DNA of 64,000 nt from Nitrospirota bacterium (lineage in GTDB: Bacteria > Nitrospirota > UBA9217): contig CAVVOB010000012.1 of NCBI GenBank assembly GCA_963749655.1, positions 96,001 to 160,000 on the forward strand, written 5' to 3'. Below are positions 10,416-21,002 of the stretch, in pieces. Every line of letters begins with the position of its first letter. The first letter of the stretch is position 1. The translations under genes were made by a program, and so were the position numbers. The notes under the pieces are model-generated. The model did no database searches and was not told the origin of the DNA. It was given only the letters and a program-made list of their open reading frames with translations.

Positions 10416-12050
10416 ATGAAAGCATCCGACCTGTTTGTGCGACAGCTTGAGGAAGAAGGGGTGGAATATATCTTCGGCCTGCCGGGCGAGGAGAACCTCG
10501 ACTTTCTCGAATCGCTGCGCACATCGAAGATCAAGCTCGTCGTCACGCGCCACGAACAGACAGCAGCGTTCATGGCCGCCACCTACGGCCGCCTGACCGG
10601 CAAGGCGGGGGTGTGCTTTTCCACTCTCGGCCCGGGGGCGACGAACCTCGTGACGGGCGTTGCCCACGCGCAGCTTATCGGCGCGCCGTTCGTGTCCATC
10701 TCCGGCCAGAAAGCGGTGCGCGAGAACCGCCAGGCAAGGTTCCAGCTCATCGATGTCGTGAGCATGATGCGGCCCCTGACCAAGGATGCGGTTTCGATCA
10801 TCGATCCCGGCATGATCCCGACGGTCCTGCGGAACGCCTTCAAGCTCGCCCAGGCCGAGCGGCCCGGCGCCGTGCATGTCGAGCTGCCCGAGGATGTGGC
10901 AGCCAGCGAAACCGACGCTGTCGTGCAGAGACGCGGTCTGGTGCGGCGGCCGGTCCCTGACGGCAAGGCGCTCATGCGGGCCGCGGACCTGATCAACAAG
11001 GCGCGGCAGCCCCTGATCATCCTGTCGTCGGGCGCAAACCGGAACCTGATCACGCGGGAGCTCATGCAGTTTATCGATAAGACCGGCCTGTACGCCGTGC
11101 ATACCCAGATGGGAAAGGGCGTATTGTCCGACGCTTCCGCATACAGCCTCTTTGCTACAGGCATCCACAAGAAGGACTACGTCAACTGCGGCATCGACAA
11201 GGCCGACATGATCATCACGATCGGCTACAACATCGTCGAATACCCGCCCTATGTCTGGAACCGGAACCTCGACAAGAAGATCATCAATATCGATTTTTCC
11301 GAAGCAGAAGCGGACAAATACTATAACCCGGACATCGAGGTGATCGGCGACATCGCCTGCACGCTCCGTCAGCTCGGCGAACTCGTCAAGGACAGAAAAG
11401 GCGACCCCACGTTCAAGGCGGTTCGGGAGTTTCTGGACCGCAAACTCTCGCTTGATTTCCCGAAACAGTATCCGCCCACGCCCCAAGCGGTCGTTTCGTC
11501 CGTGCGCGAAGTCCTGGCGCACGAGGACATTCTCACACTCGACAACGGCATCTACAAGCTGTGGTTCTCCCGTCTCTACCGCACCTATCGCCCCAACACG
11601 TTCCTGCTGGACAACGCGCTGGCCACCATGGGCGCGGGGTTTCCGGCAGGCCTCATGGCCAAGATGCTCAGGCCCGACCGGAAGGTGCTGGCCGTGGTCG
11701 GCGACGGCGGCTTCATGATGAATTCCCGCGAGCTCGAGACGGCGATGCGGTACAACGTCCCCCTCGTGGTGCTGGTGCTGAACGACAACGCTTTCGGGTT
11801 CATCAAATGGGAACAGCAGGCAAAGGGCTTCCCGAGCTTCGGGCTCGATTACAGGAATCCGGATTTCGTGAAGTACGCCGAGAGCTTCGGAGCAGCAGGG
11901 CTGCGGGTCGGGAAGGGGGACGATCTCGCGGCAGTGCTCAAACAGGCTTTCTCCCTGAAGCGTGTGGCCCTGGTGGAATGCCCCATTGATTATTCCACCA
12001 ATTTTGAAACCTTCTCCAGGGAACTTGTCGGACCGCTCTGCGAGAGTTGA
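10416..12050 (+). CDS. Acetolactate synthase large subunit-like ThDP enzyme
   Basis: FGLPGEEN, RHEQTAAFMA, TLGPGATN, GDGGFMMN...NDN motifs. Confidence 0.9.
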   Translation: MKASDLFVRQLEEEGVEYIFGLPGEENLDFLESLRTSKIKLVVTRHEQTAAFMAATYGRLTGKAGVCFSTLGPGATNLVTGVAHAQLIGAPFVSISGQKAVRENRQARFQLIDVVSMMRPLTKDAVSIIDPGMIPTVLRNAFKLAQAERPGAVHVELPEDVAASETDAVVQRRGLVRRPVPDGKALMRAADLINKARQPLIILSSGANRNLITRELMQFIDKTGLYAVHTQMGKGVLSDASAYSLFATGIHKKDYVNCGIDKADMIITIGYNIVEYPPYVWNRNLDKKIINIDFSEAEADKYYNPDIEVIGDIACTLRQLGELVKDRKGDPTFKAVREFLDRKLSLDFPKQYPPTPQAVVSSVREVLAHEDILTLDNGIYKLWFSRLYRTYRPNTFLLDNALATMGAGFPAGLMAKMLRPDRKVLAVVGDGGFMMNSRELETAMRYNVPLVVLVLNDNAFGFIKWEQQAKGFPSFGLDYRNPDFVKYAESFGAAGLRVGKGDDLAAVLKQAFSLKRVALVECPIDYSTNFETFSRELVGPLCES

Positions 12051-12117
12051 GCAGCATAACAACAACCCCTCAAGCTCGTTGCATCCTTACGCTCTATATA
12101 AGGAACATTCCATACAG

Positions 12118-12564
12118 TCACGACAAATATTCAGGGACAATCGCTTCGCCCCGCTTTACCTGCTCCCGCACTTTCTGACTGATTTTGCGATTATCTTTTC
12201 TGATGAGTTCGACCAGACGAATGATACGTTTGGCCTCTGATCGGTCGTCGTACTTAGAGCTCCATAATACCATTTCAAAGATCAAAGGAATAAGGTCTAG
12301 ACCCTTTTCAGTCAGGGAATAGGTGTCTTTCCTTCCATCTTCATGCGTCTCACGCTGAAGAATACCTTCCTCAACAAGGTGCTCCAAACGTGAAGTCAGA
12401 ATGTTGGTCGCAAATCCCTCTTCTGATTTGAGGAACTCTCCAAAAGTCCGTTTCCCTCGAAAAACAATGTCTCGAAGGATCAGCAGCGCCCAACGGTCGC
12501 CAAAAGCCTCAAGACCAAAGTTGACAGGGCAGTGTGATCGAAGCTTTTTCTTTTCCTTTTTCAT
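12118..12564 (-). CDS. HxlR-family winged-helix transcriptional regulator
   Basis: RSHCPV...GDRWALLILRD...TNILTSRL...YSLTEKG. Confidence 0.9.
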   Translation of the reverse strand: MKKEKKKLRSHCPVNFGLEAFGDRWALLILRDIVFRGKRTFGEFLKSEEGFATNILTSRLEHLVEEGILQRETHEDGRKDTYSLTEKGLDLIPLIFEMVLWSSKYDDRSEAKRIIRLVELIRKDNRKISQKVREQVKRGEAIVPEYLS

Positions 12565-12715
12565 AGGCTGATTATAGTATAACAGAGTCACTTGCAATTT
12601 GCAAGTAAAAGTGCTAGGCTATTTTATAGCTGATACAAACAAAAAGTCCGGTTACGCCGTCATTGCGGACGCCGCTTCATCGCCCTACTCCCCGCAGTGA
12701 CGCAAGGAGGTTACC

Positions 12716-13179
12716 ATGGTAGACATTATTCATCGTATCGGGATCAAGTCCCCTGCAGCTCAAGTCTATAAAGCCTTAACATCCCTGGAAGGTCTGGCCC
12801 ACTGGTGGACCGAGGAAGTTCAAGGTGATGGACAGGATCGGAGGAAAGATCGAATTCCGCTTTCGATTGACGAAGACAGGCGAACTCATAGGCAAAATGG
12901 TTATGGAAGTGCAGGAGCTCAACACTCACAAAGAGGTTCGATGGCGCTGCATAGACGGGCCTGCTGAATGGATTGGAACCGACATCACCTTCCAGACTGT
13001 CACAGAAGGACGGCCAAACTATTGTCCTCTTCGGCCACAGAAACTGGCGTGAGGCAGTTGAGTTCACCTATCACTGCAGTATGAAGTGGGCAACATTCCT
13101 TTTAAGCCTTCGTGAGTATGTAGAAACAGGAAAAGGGAAGCCCTCACCGGGTGATCTGAAAATCGATAACTGGAATTAA
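12716..13179 (+). CDS. SRPBCC/AHSA1-like domain protein, split by two indels (likely sequencing errors)
   Basis: MVDIIHRIGIKS...VYKALT...LAHWWT, VRWRCIDGPAEWIGT and HCSMKWATFLLSL pieces lie in three frames; divergent from hxlR. Confidence 0.85.
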
Positions 13180-13232
13180 GATTTGCTGTTTCTTCTGCGG
13201 TCTTGCACCAAAGAAGGGATAAGGAGGCTGCT

Positions 13233-13994
13233 ATGAAAAACATTCAAACCATCATTGTAGCTGTAATTGTGGGTCTGATGTTTACGGTTATCGCCGGCGC
13301 GGTGACGAATAAAATCGAACCGTTGCCGCGGGACCTGGAAATTCAGCTGGCCTTGAGCGCGCTGCCGGCGCACCTCAGGGACAATGCAACCGTGTATGTT
13401 CTAAACCCCGACAAGGGTTTTGAAGTAGCGCGCAAGGGGACGAATGGATTCCACGCCCTTGTCGCCCGGACCGGCGATGACACGTTCAGGGGATCCTGGC
13501 CTTTGACGGAATATAGAGATGACATCCTGTACCCGGTTTCCTTTGACGCAGCAGGCGCCAAGGAACAGATGCGCGTTTTCTTTGACGCGGCGGAAATGCA
13601 GGCCGAGGGGACTCCCCCCGGCGAACTGAAGAAAATCATCCAGGAGCGTTTCAAAACAGGATACTACAAAGCGCCGGAACGAGCCGGTATCTCGTATATG
13701 CTGTCTCCTGTGCTCAGAACGTACTGGAACCCGGAAGAAAGCGACAGTGTCATGACCGCAAACATTCCGCATGTCATGTACTACGCCCCCAATATAACCA
13801 ATGAAGATATAGGCGGCGGAAAACCCGGAAGCATGAATCCTTTTGTTATAATGCCCGGTCACCATGGATACATGATCCAGCTTCTCGGCCAAACGGAAAA
13901 AGCAGCAATTAACAAAGAGTACGCAGACATGCTTGCAAAACTCTGCAAAATCAAAGATGTGTGGTGTTTGCCAAAAGAGAAGGGTCGACAGTGA
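13233..13994 (+). CDS. Hypothetical exported protein
   Basis: RBS AAGGAGG, signal peptide, LALSALP...VYVL...GTNGF and GISYMLSP...PHVMYYAP motifs. Confidence 0.75.
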   Translation: MKNIQTIIVAVIVGLMFTVIAGAVTNKIEPLPRDLEIQLALSALPAHLRDNATVYVLNPDKGFEVARKGTNGFHALVARTGDDTFRGSWPLTEYRDDILYPVSFDAAGAKEQMRVFFDAAEMQAEGTPPGELKKIIQERFKTGYYKAPERAGISYMLSPVLRTYWNPEESDSVMTANIPHVMYYAPNITNEDIGGGKPGSMNPFVIMPGHHGYMIQLLGQTEKAAINKEYADMLAKLCKIKDVWCLPKEKGRQ

Positions 13995-14190
13995 GCAGGG
14001 ACTATGGCAAATGCGGCAGGGCATGAGCTGTGAAGCCAAGACAAAAAAGAAGTGATCCAGTAAGTAAGAGAGAGAGCAGGACCGATAGCTGATCCTGCTC
14101 TCTCTCTATTATGATCTATCTGTTCGTTACTGTAATCCGAGAGACATCTTGCTGAACACCTTGACGTAGTAATCGCTATCGGGCTGGCCC

Positions 14191-14385
14191 GCAATCCCGC
14201 GCCTTGGCATCCCCCGGCCGGGGGTGGAAAGCGCTCACTCGCGCGTGACACGAACGTGTCACGCATGCGCGAGTTCGCAGTTCCACCTGGCACTCCGTGC
14301 ATCCGCACTCGTAAACGCCGGGTGCAGGCGGGAGGTCGCGTCAATTTTAGTCCCGACAGGTCGGGATGCCGGAGGGGGCTCCACT
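14191..14385 (+). repeat. Structured dispersed repeat R1, copy 1 (longest; carries an extra ~45 bp insert)
   Basis: gcaatcccgcgccttggcatccccc...gtcgggatgccggagggggctccact also occurs at 20490, 35675 and 61780. Confidence 0.9.
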
Positions 14386-14559
14386 TGCGTCGGCCGTCCG
14401 AAAGATATGTCCGGGTCCATTTGCGGACTCAAAATTTATGCGCCTGTCGGTTGACACAGCTCAAAGACCGACTATATTTGTATATATGAGATGAAACTCA
14501 CCTCTATGTGGTCAACGCGCACTCGAAACTTTTTTGACCTTTCACCCGGGGAGGACAAC

Positions 14560-15813
14560 ATGAACGATCTGGTTAAAACAAAAGACGTGAGCAGCATGTT
14601 CGGATTTGAAAGTCTGTTCGAATTCGAGAAGCGGCTGATCTGCAAGTCCATGGCCCGGTTGGGCAATCCTCCCATTACCATGGTCATAGGAAACAACGGC
14701 GCGGCCTACTCACCAAGGGAGAAGTCAATCGGCACGATTGTTATCCGCGATCAAAAGACGCTGCTGCGGTTCGTCGTCCATCCGGAGCTTTACTTCGGCG
14801 ACGCATACAGCGAAGGGAAGATCGAGGTGGAGGGGGACCTGATCGAGGTCCTGAAGTGCACGTACAGAAGCATGTCGAAGACGCCCCCGGGAGGCCTGCT
14901 CGACGCATCGAGAAAAAAGATCATCAACCGGCCCCGTTTGAACACGCTGAGCGGATCGAGGAAGAACATCCACGATCACTACGATATCGGCAACGATTTC
15001 TACCGGCTCTGGCTCGACGACAGGATGCAGTATACCTGCGCGTATTTTCCGGAGCCCTCGACCACCCTGGAAGAGGCCCAGATCGCCAAGATGGAACATG
15101 TGTGCAGAAAGCTGATGCTCAAGCCCGGGGAGACGGTGGCGGAAGCGGGGTGCGGCTGGGGGACCCTGGCCTTGCACATGGCAAAGCATTACGGCGTCAA
15201 GGTCAAGGCCTACAATATTTCCCATGAGCAGATCAAGAGCGCCCGTGAACGGGCAAAGGCTGAAGGCCTGGACCACGCGGTGGAATACATCGAGGACGAT
15301 TACCGGAATATGTCGGGGACCTTCGACGCCTTCGTCTCCATCGGGATGCTGGAACACGTGGGCGCCCGGTATTACCAGGAGCTCGGCCAGGTCATAGGAC
15401 GCTCGCTCAAGGAAGAGGGCAGGGGGCTTATCCATTCCATCGGACGCAACAGGGCCGAACCCATCAACGCCTGGATAGAACAGCGCATCTTTCCCGGCTC
15501 CTATCCGCCCACCCTGCGGGAGATGATGGAAGTATTCGAGCCGTCGGGGTTCTCCATCCTCGATGTCGAGAACCTGCGGCTCCATTATGCGAGAACGCTG
15601 GAGCACTGGCTGGAGCGGTTCGAACAATCGAAGGACCGGATAGGGACGATGTTCGACGAGAAGTTCATACGGATGTGGCGGCTCTATCTCTCCGGCTCCA
15701 TTGCCGGCTTTGCAGCCGGGACCCTTCAGCTCTTCCAGGTGGTCTTTGCCCGTCCGCAGATGAACGACGTGCCCTGGACGCGGGCCCATCTTTATTCCGA
15801 AATCGGCAAGTGA
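14560..15813 (+). CDS. cfa: Cyclopropane-fatty-acyl-phospholipid synthase family methyltransferase
   Basis: NIHDHYDIGNDFY, MQYTCAYF, EAGCGWG, SIGMLEHVG, IFPG, HYARTL motifs. Confidence 0.9.
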   Translation: MNDLVKTKDVSSMFGFESLFEFEKRLICKSMARLGNPPITMVIGNNGAAYSPREKSIGTIVIRDQKTLLRFVVHPELYFGDAYSEGKIEVEGDLIEVLKCTYRSMSKTPPGGLLDASRKKIINRPRLNTLSGSRKNIHDHYDIGNDFYRLWLDDRMQYTCAYFPEPSTTLEEAQIAKMEHVCRKLMLKPGETVAEAGCGWGTLALHMAKHYGVKVKAYNISHEQIKSARERAKAEGLDHAVEYIEDDYRNMSGTFDAFVSIGMLEHVGARYYQELGQVIGRSLKEEGRGLIHSIGRNRAEPINAWIEQRIFPGSYPPTLREMMEVFEPSGFSILDVENLRLHYARTLEHWLERFEQSKDRIGTMFDEKFIRMWRLYLSGSIAGFAAGTLQLFQVVFARPQMNDVPWTRAHLYSEIGK

Positions 15814-16113
15814 AGGTGGAACGTTTATCCGGAAATAAGTTATAAAGGCCACTGCTGACGTCTGTCTCGCGCAAAGCCGCAAAAGCGCAAAGTAGGACAA
15901 CAACATGGACTGGATAAAGCCATTCGAGTTTCCGCTATTGTTCTGATTTACCATTACTTGTCCGCGTTGAGGTTTATGCTTTCTTTGCGCCTTTGCGGCT
16001 TTGCGCGAGATCAATTTTTTTCAGGTTTCCACCGGCGAAAAGACTGCTATCGGTGGTTTATCAGCAAGAAGATGTTGTCCGTTTGTCCAGACACTGTATA
16101 GTCAGGAGGAACT

Positions 16114-17265
16114 ATGGAATCCTGCGACGTCCTCATCGTCGGCGGCGGGCCCGCGGGCTCCACGCTTGCCCGGCAGCTGCGAAAACGCGGCCTGGACGTA
16201 TTGATCCTCGATAAAAGCCCCTTTCCGCGGGACAAAGTCTGCGCAGGCTGGATCACGCCTGCAGCCGCGGAGCTCCTGCAGCTGGACAGGTCGGACTATT
16301 CCCGCGGACGGGTGCTGCAGCATATCAGCGGATTCAGGACCGGCATGATCGGAGGGGCCGAGGTCGTCACCCGGTACGGCGGCACGGTCAGCTACGGCAT
16401 CCGCCGTTCCGAGTTCGATCACTACCTCCTGCAGCGCAGCGGCGCGCGACTGCGCCTCGGCGAGCCCCTCAAGACCATGGAGCGCAAAAACGGCGCCTGG
16501 ATCATCAATGACGAGATAAAGACCCCTTTGGTGATCGGCGCGGGCGGCCATTTCTGCCCTGTTTCAAGGTTCCTCAGGGGAAATCGGGCGCGAAGCGAAC
16601 CAGCGGTGATCGCCCAGGAAGTGGAATTCGAACTGAATGAATCGCAAAAGCGCGGGTGCGCGGTGGCGGGAGATACTCCGGAGCTCTATTTTTGCGAAGA
16701 CCTGAAGGGATATGGATGGTGCGTGCGAAAAGGGGACTTCCTCAATATCGGGCTCGGCCGGGAGGACAACCATAACGTCGCGGACCAGGTGAGGTCATTC
16801 GTCGGTTATCTGAAAGCACGGAAAAGGATCACGGCGAATGTCCCCGCTGATTTCAAGGGCCACGCCTACATGCTGTACCAGGGCGCATCCCGGTCCCTGG
16901 TCGGGGACGGTGTGATGCTCATCGGAGATGCAGCCGGACTGGCCTATCCAAAGAGCGGGGAGGGGATCCGGCCGGCAGTAGAGTCCGCCATGATGGCGTC
17001 AGCGGTCATCCTTTCCGCGGCAGGCGATTATCGACAGAGCAGGCTTTCGCACTATCCGTCCCTGCTGGCAAGTCGCTTCAGGAAAGACAGACCGGCTTCC
17101 ACCATGTTGCCGCAGTCTCTTCGACGTTTCGTGGGCCGCCGGCTCATGGAAAGCCGATGGTTTTCACGGCATGTAGTGCTCGATCAATGGTTTCTGAATG
17201 TTCACCAGACTGCGTTAAGGCTTCAGGACGGGGAAGATCCCTCTTCGGAGAACCAACGGTGCTGA
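16114..17265 (+). CDS. Geranylgeranyl-reductase-family FAD oxidoreductase
   Basis: IVGGGPAGS, FPRDKVCAG, IRRSEFD, GYGW, LIGDAAG...SGEGIRPA motifs. Confidence 0.88.
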   Translation: MESCDVLIVGGGPAGSTLARQLRKRGLDVLILDKSPFPRDKVCAGWITPAAAELLQLDRSDYSRGRVLQHISGFRTGMIGGAEVVTRYGGTVSYGIRRSEFDHYLLQRSGARLRLGEPLKTMERKNGAWIINDEIKTPLVIGAGGHFCPVSRFLRGNRARSEPAVIAQEVEFELNESQKRGCAVAGDTPELYFCEDLKGYGWCVRKGDFLNIGLGREDNHNVADQVRSFVGYLKARKRITANVPADFKGHAYMLYQGASRSLVGDGVMLIGDAAGLAYPKSGEGIRPAVESAMMASAVILSAAGDYRQSRLSHYPSLLASRFRKDRPASTMLPQSLRRFVGRRLMESRWFSRHVVLDQWFLNVHQTALRLQDGEDPSSENQRC

Positions 17266-17602
17266 ATGTGAATCAAGATTAGCCGCAAAAAGCACAAAAA
17301 GAGTCTTTGACATCGATGATATATTTTCAAATTTTGTGACTTCAGTGGCTAAAGACTTTTTACGAGATCATCAAGGTGCATTCGTCCTGGTACGCCCACC
17401 TTTCAATGCAGGAGCGGACGCCTTGTTTACGAACAGCCCGAAACTCCAGCCGTAAAAATACGCTGCTCCCTGAACTATGCAGCTACGATTCCCTCTTGAA
17501 AAGTGTATAATCTAAGCAGAGCCCGTTCACGTCAATTTGCTCTCTTGGCTGACGAGAGCCGGCCATGAATTTTCTCCAAAAAATACGACCAACCGAGGAA
17601 GC

Positions 17603-18217
17603 ATGCCTATACAAACATATACGATACGCCTGTTTGATACGTTGTTGAATTCAATATCGAAGATGGCCAGGACCCCGTTGAATTACTGGGCTGAATTCGT
17701 TGTCGATATCCCGGTCGGTGCGGGGCTGATCGGGGCGGGTCTTCGGGGCAATGAACTCAATCACGTCGCGGTTTTTTTGACCATCCTGCTGGGCCTGTTT
17801 CTCTTCAGTCTTATCGAATACTCTTTTCACCGCTGGTTGTTTCACGGATCCGTGCAGATCCTGGCGCAGGGTCACCGCGCGCATCACGAGAATCCTCTGG
17901 GCTACGATTCTTTACCGTTCTTTTTGCCTGCTCTGGTACTGCTGACAACGGCCGGCGTACTTGTTTTGTTTATGCCCGCGAACCTTACTTTTTTGCTGAT
18001 CGGAACCATTTCGTTAGGTTACGTTACCTACGGGCTGAGTCATTTCACCATCCACCATCACCGTTTTCAGTATGCTCTTGCGCGAAACTGGGCGGCCAAG
18101 CATCACATCCATCACTACCACCCCGACGCCAACTTCGGCGTTACCACGCCGCTGTGGGACATAGTTCTCGGCACCCTCTTTGTATACGATCACAAATCAA
18201 ACAGGCGCGGAAAATGA
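17603..18217 (+). CDS. Sterol desaturase / fatty acid hydroxylase family membrane di-iron enzyme
   Basis: His boxes EYSFHRWLFH, HRAHH, HFTIHH, HHIHH and NFGVTTPLWD. Confidence 0.88.
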   Translation: MPIQTYTIRLFDTLLNSISKMARTPLNYWAEFVVDIPVGAGLIGAGLRGNELNHVAVFLTILLGLFLFSLIEYSFHRWLFHGSVQILAQGHRAHHENPLGYDSLPFFLPALVLLTTAGVLVLFMPANLTFLLIGTISLGYVTYGLSHFTIHHHRFQYALARNWAAKHHIHHYHPDANFGVTTPLWDIVLGTLFVYDHKSNRRGK

Positions 18218-18344
18218 CGAGATCGGGCGCCCGTCGACTGCAATGTGGTGGCCGAAAGGAATGGGGCACAGATCCGTCCTGAAGCTCGTTAAGGTGCAGC
18301 TCTTCGAAATACGCCACGTTCCATCCGGTATTCGCTAAATACCC

Positions 18345-18491
18345 TTAACAGGTTGTTGAAAAAGCTCAAGCGCGACAAATTTCGTCATGCCAGCGAAGGC
18401 TGGCATCCAGAATCATATTATAAACACTAGATTCCTGCCTGCGCAGGAATGACGGCTAAGGTCTTCAAGACGTTTTTCAACGGCCTGTTAA
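18345..18491. mobile_element. MITE-like element with 19-bp terminal inverted repeats and an internal REP pair
   Basis: TTAACAGGTTGTTGAAAAA ... TTTTTCAACGGCCTGTTAA; AATACCC lies on both flanks; internal gtcatgccagcgaaggctggcatcc and gattcctgcctgcgcaggaatgac. Confidence 0.7.
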
Positions 18492-18560
18492 AATACCCAT
18501 TCGCTGTCGTTGACATCGTTTTGAATCAGGCATATATTCGTTTTGAAGCTGGCGCGGCGT
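18490..18560 (+). promoter_or_regulatory. Repeated left-boundary promoter element P, copy 1
   Basis: aaaataccc...TTGACA (18510) - 17 nt - TATATT (18533); homologous to the copies at 28813 and 45841. Confidence 0.75.
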
Positions 18561-18683
18561 AAATTATTGCTGAACCGGACGCCAGCGGAATCCGGCATTG
18601 TCCGGGGGGCTGTTCAATAACGGATTGTTCGGCATTAACGAGGGGGTCCTCGTGATCCCCTTGTGAGATTCCCGGGAGATTTC

Positions 18684-19121
18684 ATGGCATCTCTTGAACG
18701 CGCAATCGCGATCGCTGCAAAGGCGCATGAGGGGCAGGTAGACAAGGCCGGCGCTCCTTACATCCTTCATCCGCTGCGAGTGATGTTCCGCGTAAACACA
18801 GTGGAAGAGCGCATGGCGGCTGTTCTGCATGACGTTGTTGAAGATACAAATGTCACGATCGGGATGCTGAGAGCGGAAGGTTTCCCTGAAGGAGTGTTAA
18901 GTGCGATAGAGTCCCTTACCAGGCGTCCGGGAGAAACCTACGAGACATTTGTTCTGCGGGCTGTTGCTGATCCGATCGGCCGTACCGTAAAGCTTGCTGA
19001 TCTTGCAGAGAACAGCGATCTCTCAAGGATCCCGATGCTCACGGCAAAGGACAATGAGAGAGCGGCAAAATATCGTCGTGCAATCGATCAGATTAACAGG
19101 TTGTTCAAGGAAAAAGCCTGA
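18684..19121 (+). CDS. Small HD-domain phosphohydrolase (Mesh1/small alarmone hydrolase-like)
   Basis: AHEGQVDKAGAPYILHP, AAVLHDVVEDT and VKLADLAEN motifs. Confidence 0.88.
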   Translation: MASLERAIAIAAKAHEGQVDKAGAPYILHPLRVMFRVNTVEERMAAVLHDVVEDTNVTIGMLRAEGFPEGVLSAIESLTRRPGETYETFVLRAVADPIGRTVKLADLAENSDLSRIPMLTAKDNERAAKYRRAIDQINRLFKEKA

Positions 19122-19282
19122 CCCGCTCCGCGCAACCGGACACACCTAAGGGGAAATGCGGAATTCCCGATACGATCGGGACAGGTCTCCATGCGGAATG
19201 CGGAATTGGGAAATTTCAAACAGCCTTTGAAAAAGAGTTTCCAAACCAAAAAGGCAATAGAGCCGTAAACTCCGGAGGAACT

Positions 19283-20476
19283 ATGCATCTGTCTTTGTTC
19301 AAAAGATCATCTTTTCCGCAGACCACGATACGGGCCTGTTCCTTGCTCATCGTGGTATTCATGGTCTTTGCCGCCGTTGCACAGGCAGAGGAGCGGCTCT
19401 GGGTCGAAGCCTCCATCAACAACAAGCCCGCGCGCCTCTTCTTCGACACCGGCACGAGCGACCTGGTGCTCTTCCCCAAAGGGGCCGCGCGGCTGGGTGT
19501 TTCGGTCGTTGAAGCGCCGAAAGAGACGCAACTGGACCGCGGAATAGTCTTGATCGGAAAAACGGAAGAATGCGAACTGCGGGTCAACGGGAGCATGGTC
19601 AAAACTCCTTTCCTGGTTGTAGAGATCCCGCCCATGCTGCGAACGGACGCCGATGGGTTGGTGGGATGGTATTCGCTCTCGGGAAACATCCTGATGATCG
19701 ACGCGTCCCGGGGAAGCGTGACCTCCCTTGCAGGCGTTCCCCGCGAGGCGCGTGACTGGGTAAAATTCAAGCTCCGCAGCGGGTCCCCCGTCCTGCAGCT
19801 CGAAGTGCCTCATGCCGCAGGCGGTCCTTCCGTGGTGCTGCTGGATACGGGTTCCGAGCGCGGGGTCGAACTTTCGCCTCGGCTGTGGCAGGACTGGAGA
19901 TCAGCCCACAGGAAAGCTCCTGTCACGCTTGATGCCTCGTACAGTCCTGCGACGGGCCTGATTGTTGCGGAAGAGGCGTGGGCGGATAAATTTGCCATAG
20001 GCCCGCTGTTGATGACCGAAGTGCCGCTCCAGGAGGCTCATCCAGACGCCTCATCCGGTTCATTGGGCGGCGATTTCGTGCTCGGACTTGCCGCGCTCAA
20101 GCGTTTGGATATGATAATTGACGCTGCGAACGGGATTGCGTATGTTGGCGCGAAAAACACGGCGCCGGCTCCCTATGAACACAACCGCCTCGGCGCCGTG
20201 TTTACTCCGCGAGATATGCAAAGCGAGGACCTGATCGCGAGCGCTGTTGAAGGAAGCCCTGCGTGGAAGGCCGGTATCCGCAACGGCGATGTCCTCACGC
20301 GTATCGATGATCTGGATGTAACGAAGTGGCGTACGGACCCGGCGGTACTGCCGCTCAGCCGGTTCTGGAGCCGTCCCGCCGGGACCAAGCTCCAACTTGC
20401 GCTGAAGCGCGGATCAAAGACGCTTACTGCGAATGTTGTTCTGCGTGAAATCCTGGCCGCGGGAAAATCCCATTAA
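19283..20476 (+). CDS. Exported aspartyl protease (two retropepsin-like domains) with a C-terminal PDZ domain
   Basis: Signal peptide; FFDTGTS and LLDTGS motifs; GSPAWKAGIRNGDVL PDZ signature. Confidence 0.85.
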   Translation: MHLSLFKRSSFPQTTIRACSLLIVVFMVFAAVAQAEERLWVEASINNKPARLFFDTGTSDLVLFPKGAARLGVSVVEAPKETQLDRGIVLIGKTEECELRVNGSMVKTPFLVVEIPPMLRTDADGLVGWYSLSGNILMIDASRGSVTSLAGVPREARDWVKFKLRSGSPVLQLEVPHAAGGPSVVLLDTGSERGVELSPRLWQDWRSAHRKAPVTLDASYSPATGLIVAEEAWADKFAIGPLLMTEVPLQEAHPDASSGSLGGDFVLGLAALKRLDMIIDAANGIAYVGAKNTAPAPYEHNRLGAVFTPRDMQSEDLIASAVEGSPAWKAGIRNGDVLTRIDDLDVTKWRTDPAVLPLSRFWSRPAGTKLQLALKRGSKTLTANVVLREILAAGKSH

Positions 20477-20489
20477 TCAATGGGGCAGG

Positions 20490-20644
20490 GCAATCCCGCG
20501 CCTTGGCATCCCCCGGCTCTGCCGGGGGTGGAAAGCGCTCACTCGCGCGTGATACGAACGTGTCACGCGTGCGCGAGTTCGCAGTTCCGGGAGGTCGCGT
20601 CAATCTTAGTCCCGACAAGTCGGGATGCCGGAGGGGACTCCACT
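20490..20644 (+). repeat. Repeat R1, copy 2
   Basis: Near-identical to 14191-14385 without the insert. Confidence 0.9.
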
Positions 20645-20739
20645 CAGCCGCCTTTTGACCGGACCGGCATCAGGCTCCTGAGCGGGCGAAAATGAAACTG
20701 GGCATCCGTTTCAAAAGCGGGCACAGACGGTAAAAAATT

Positions 20740-20940
20740 TCAACAACACCCTTCAAGAGGAGCAATAGGGGCCGTTTTTCTCTCCATGCGTTTCTCTTGC
20801 AACCGTTGCTGCATGTAAGGGCACCTGTCATGTTGAGAGGGCATGCAGTATTTTTCCAGTTCACATAGTGTCGGGATATAGACGAATCTATTCGCCGTAC
20901 AGGATAGGATACGGGATCCCGATAGTTGATGGCACTTCAT
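20740..20940 (-). CDS. Small Cys-rich hypothetical protein
   Basis: RBS GAAGGGAG; MKC...C...YIPT..E...YC......CP pattern. Confidence 0.55.
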   Translation of the reverse strand: MKCHQLSGSRILSCTANRFVYIPTLCELEKYCMPSQHDRCPYMQQRLQEKRMERKTAPIAPLEGCC

Positions 20941-21002
20941 GATAGGCTCCCTTCACAATCCTTTGATCATCAAAAGTGAAAAAAGGAGATTGGCAGGAGA
21001 AA

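Noticed and set aside
14224-14489. Short ORFs such as MESAHSRVTRTCHACASSQF (also at 20480 and 35669)
   Set aside because: They are translations of the non-coding repeat R1, with inconsistent starts and stops among copies.
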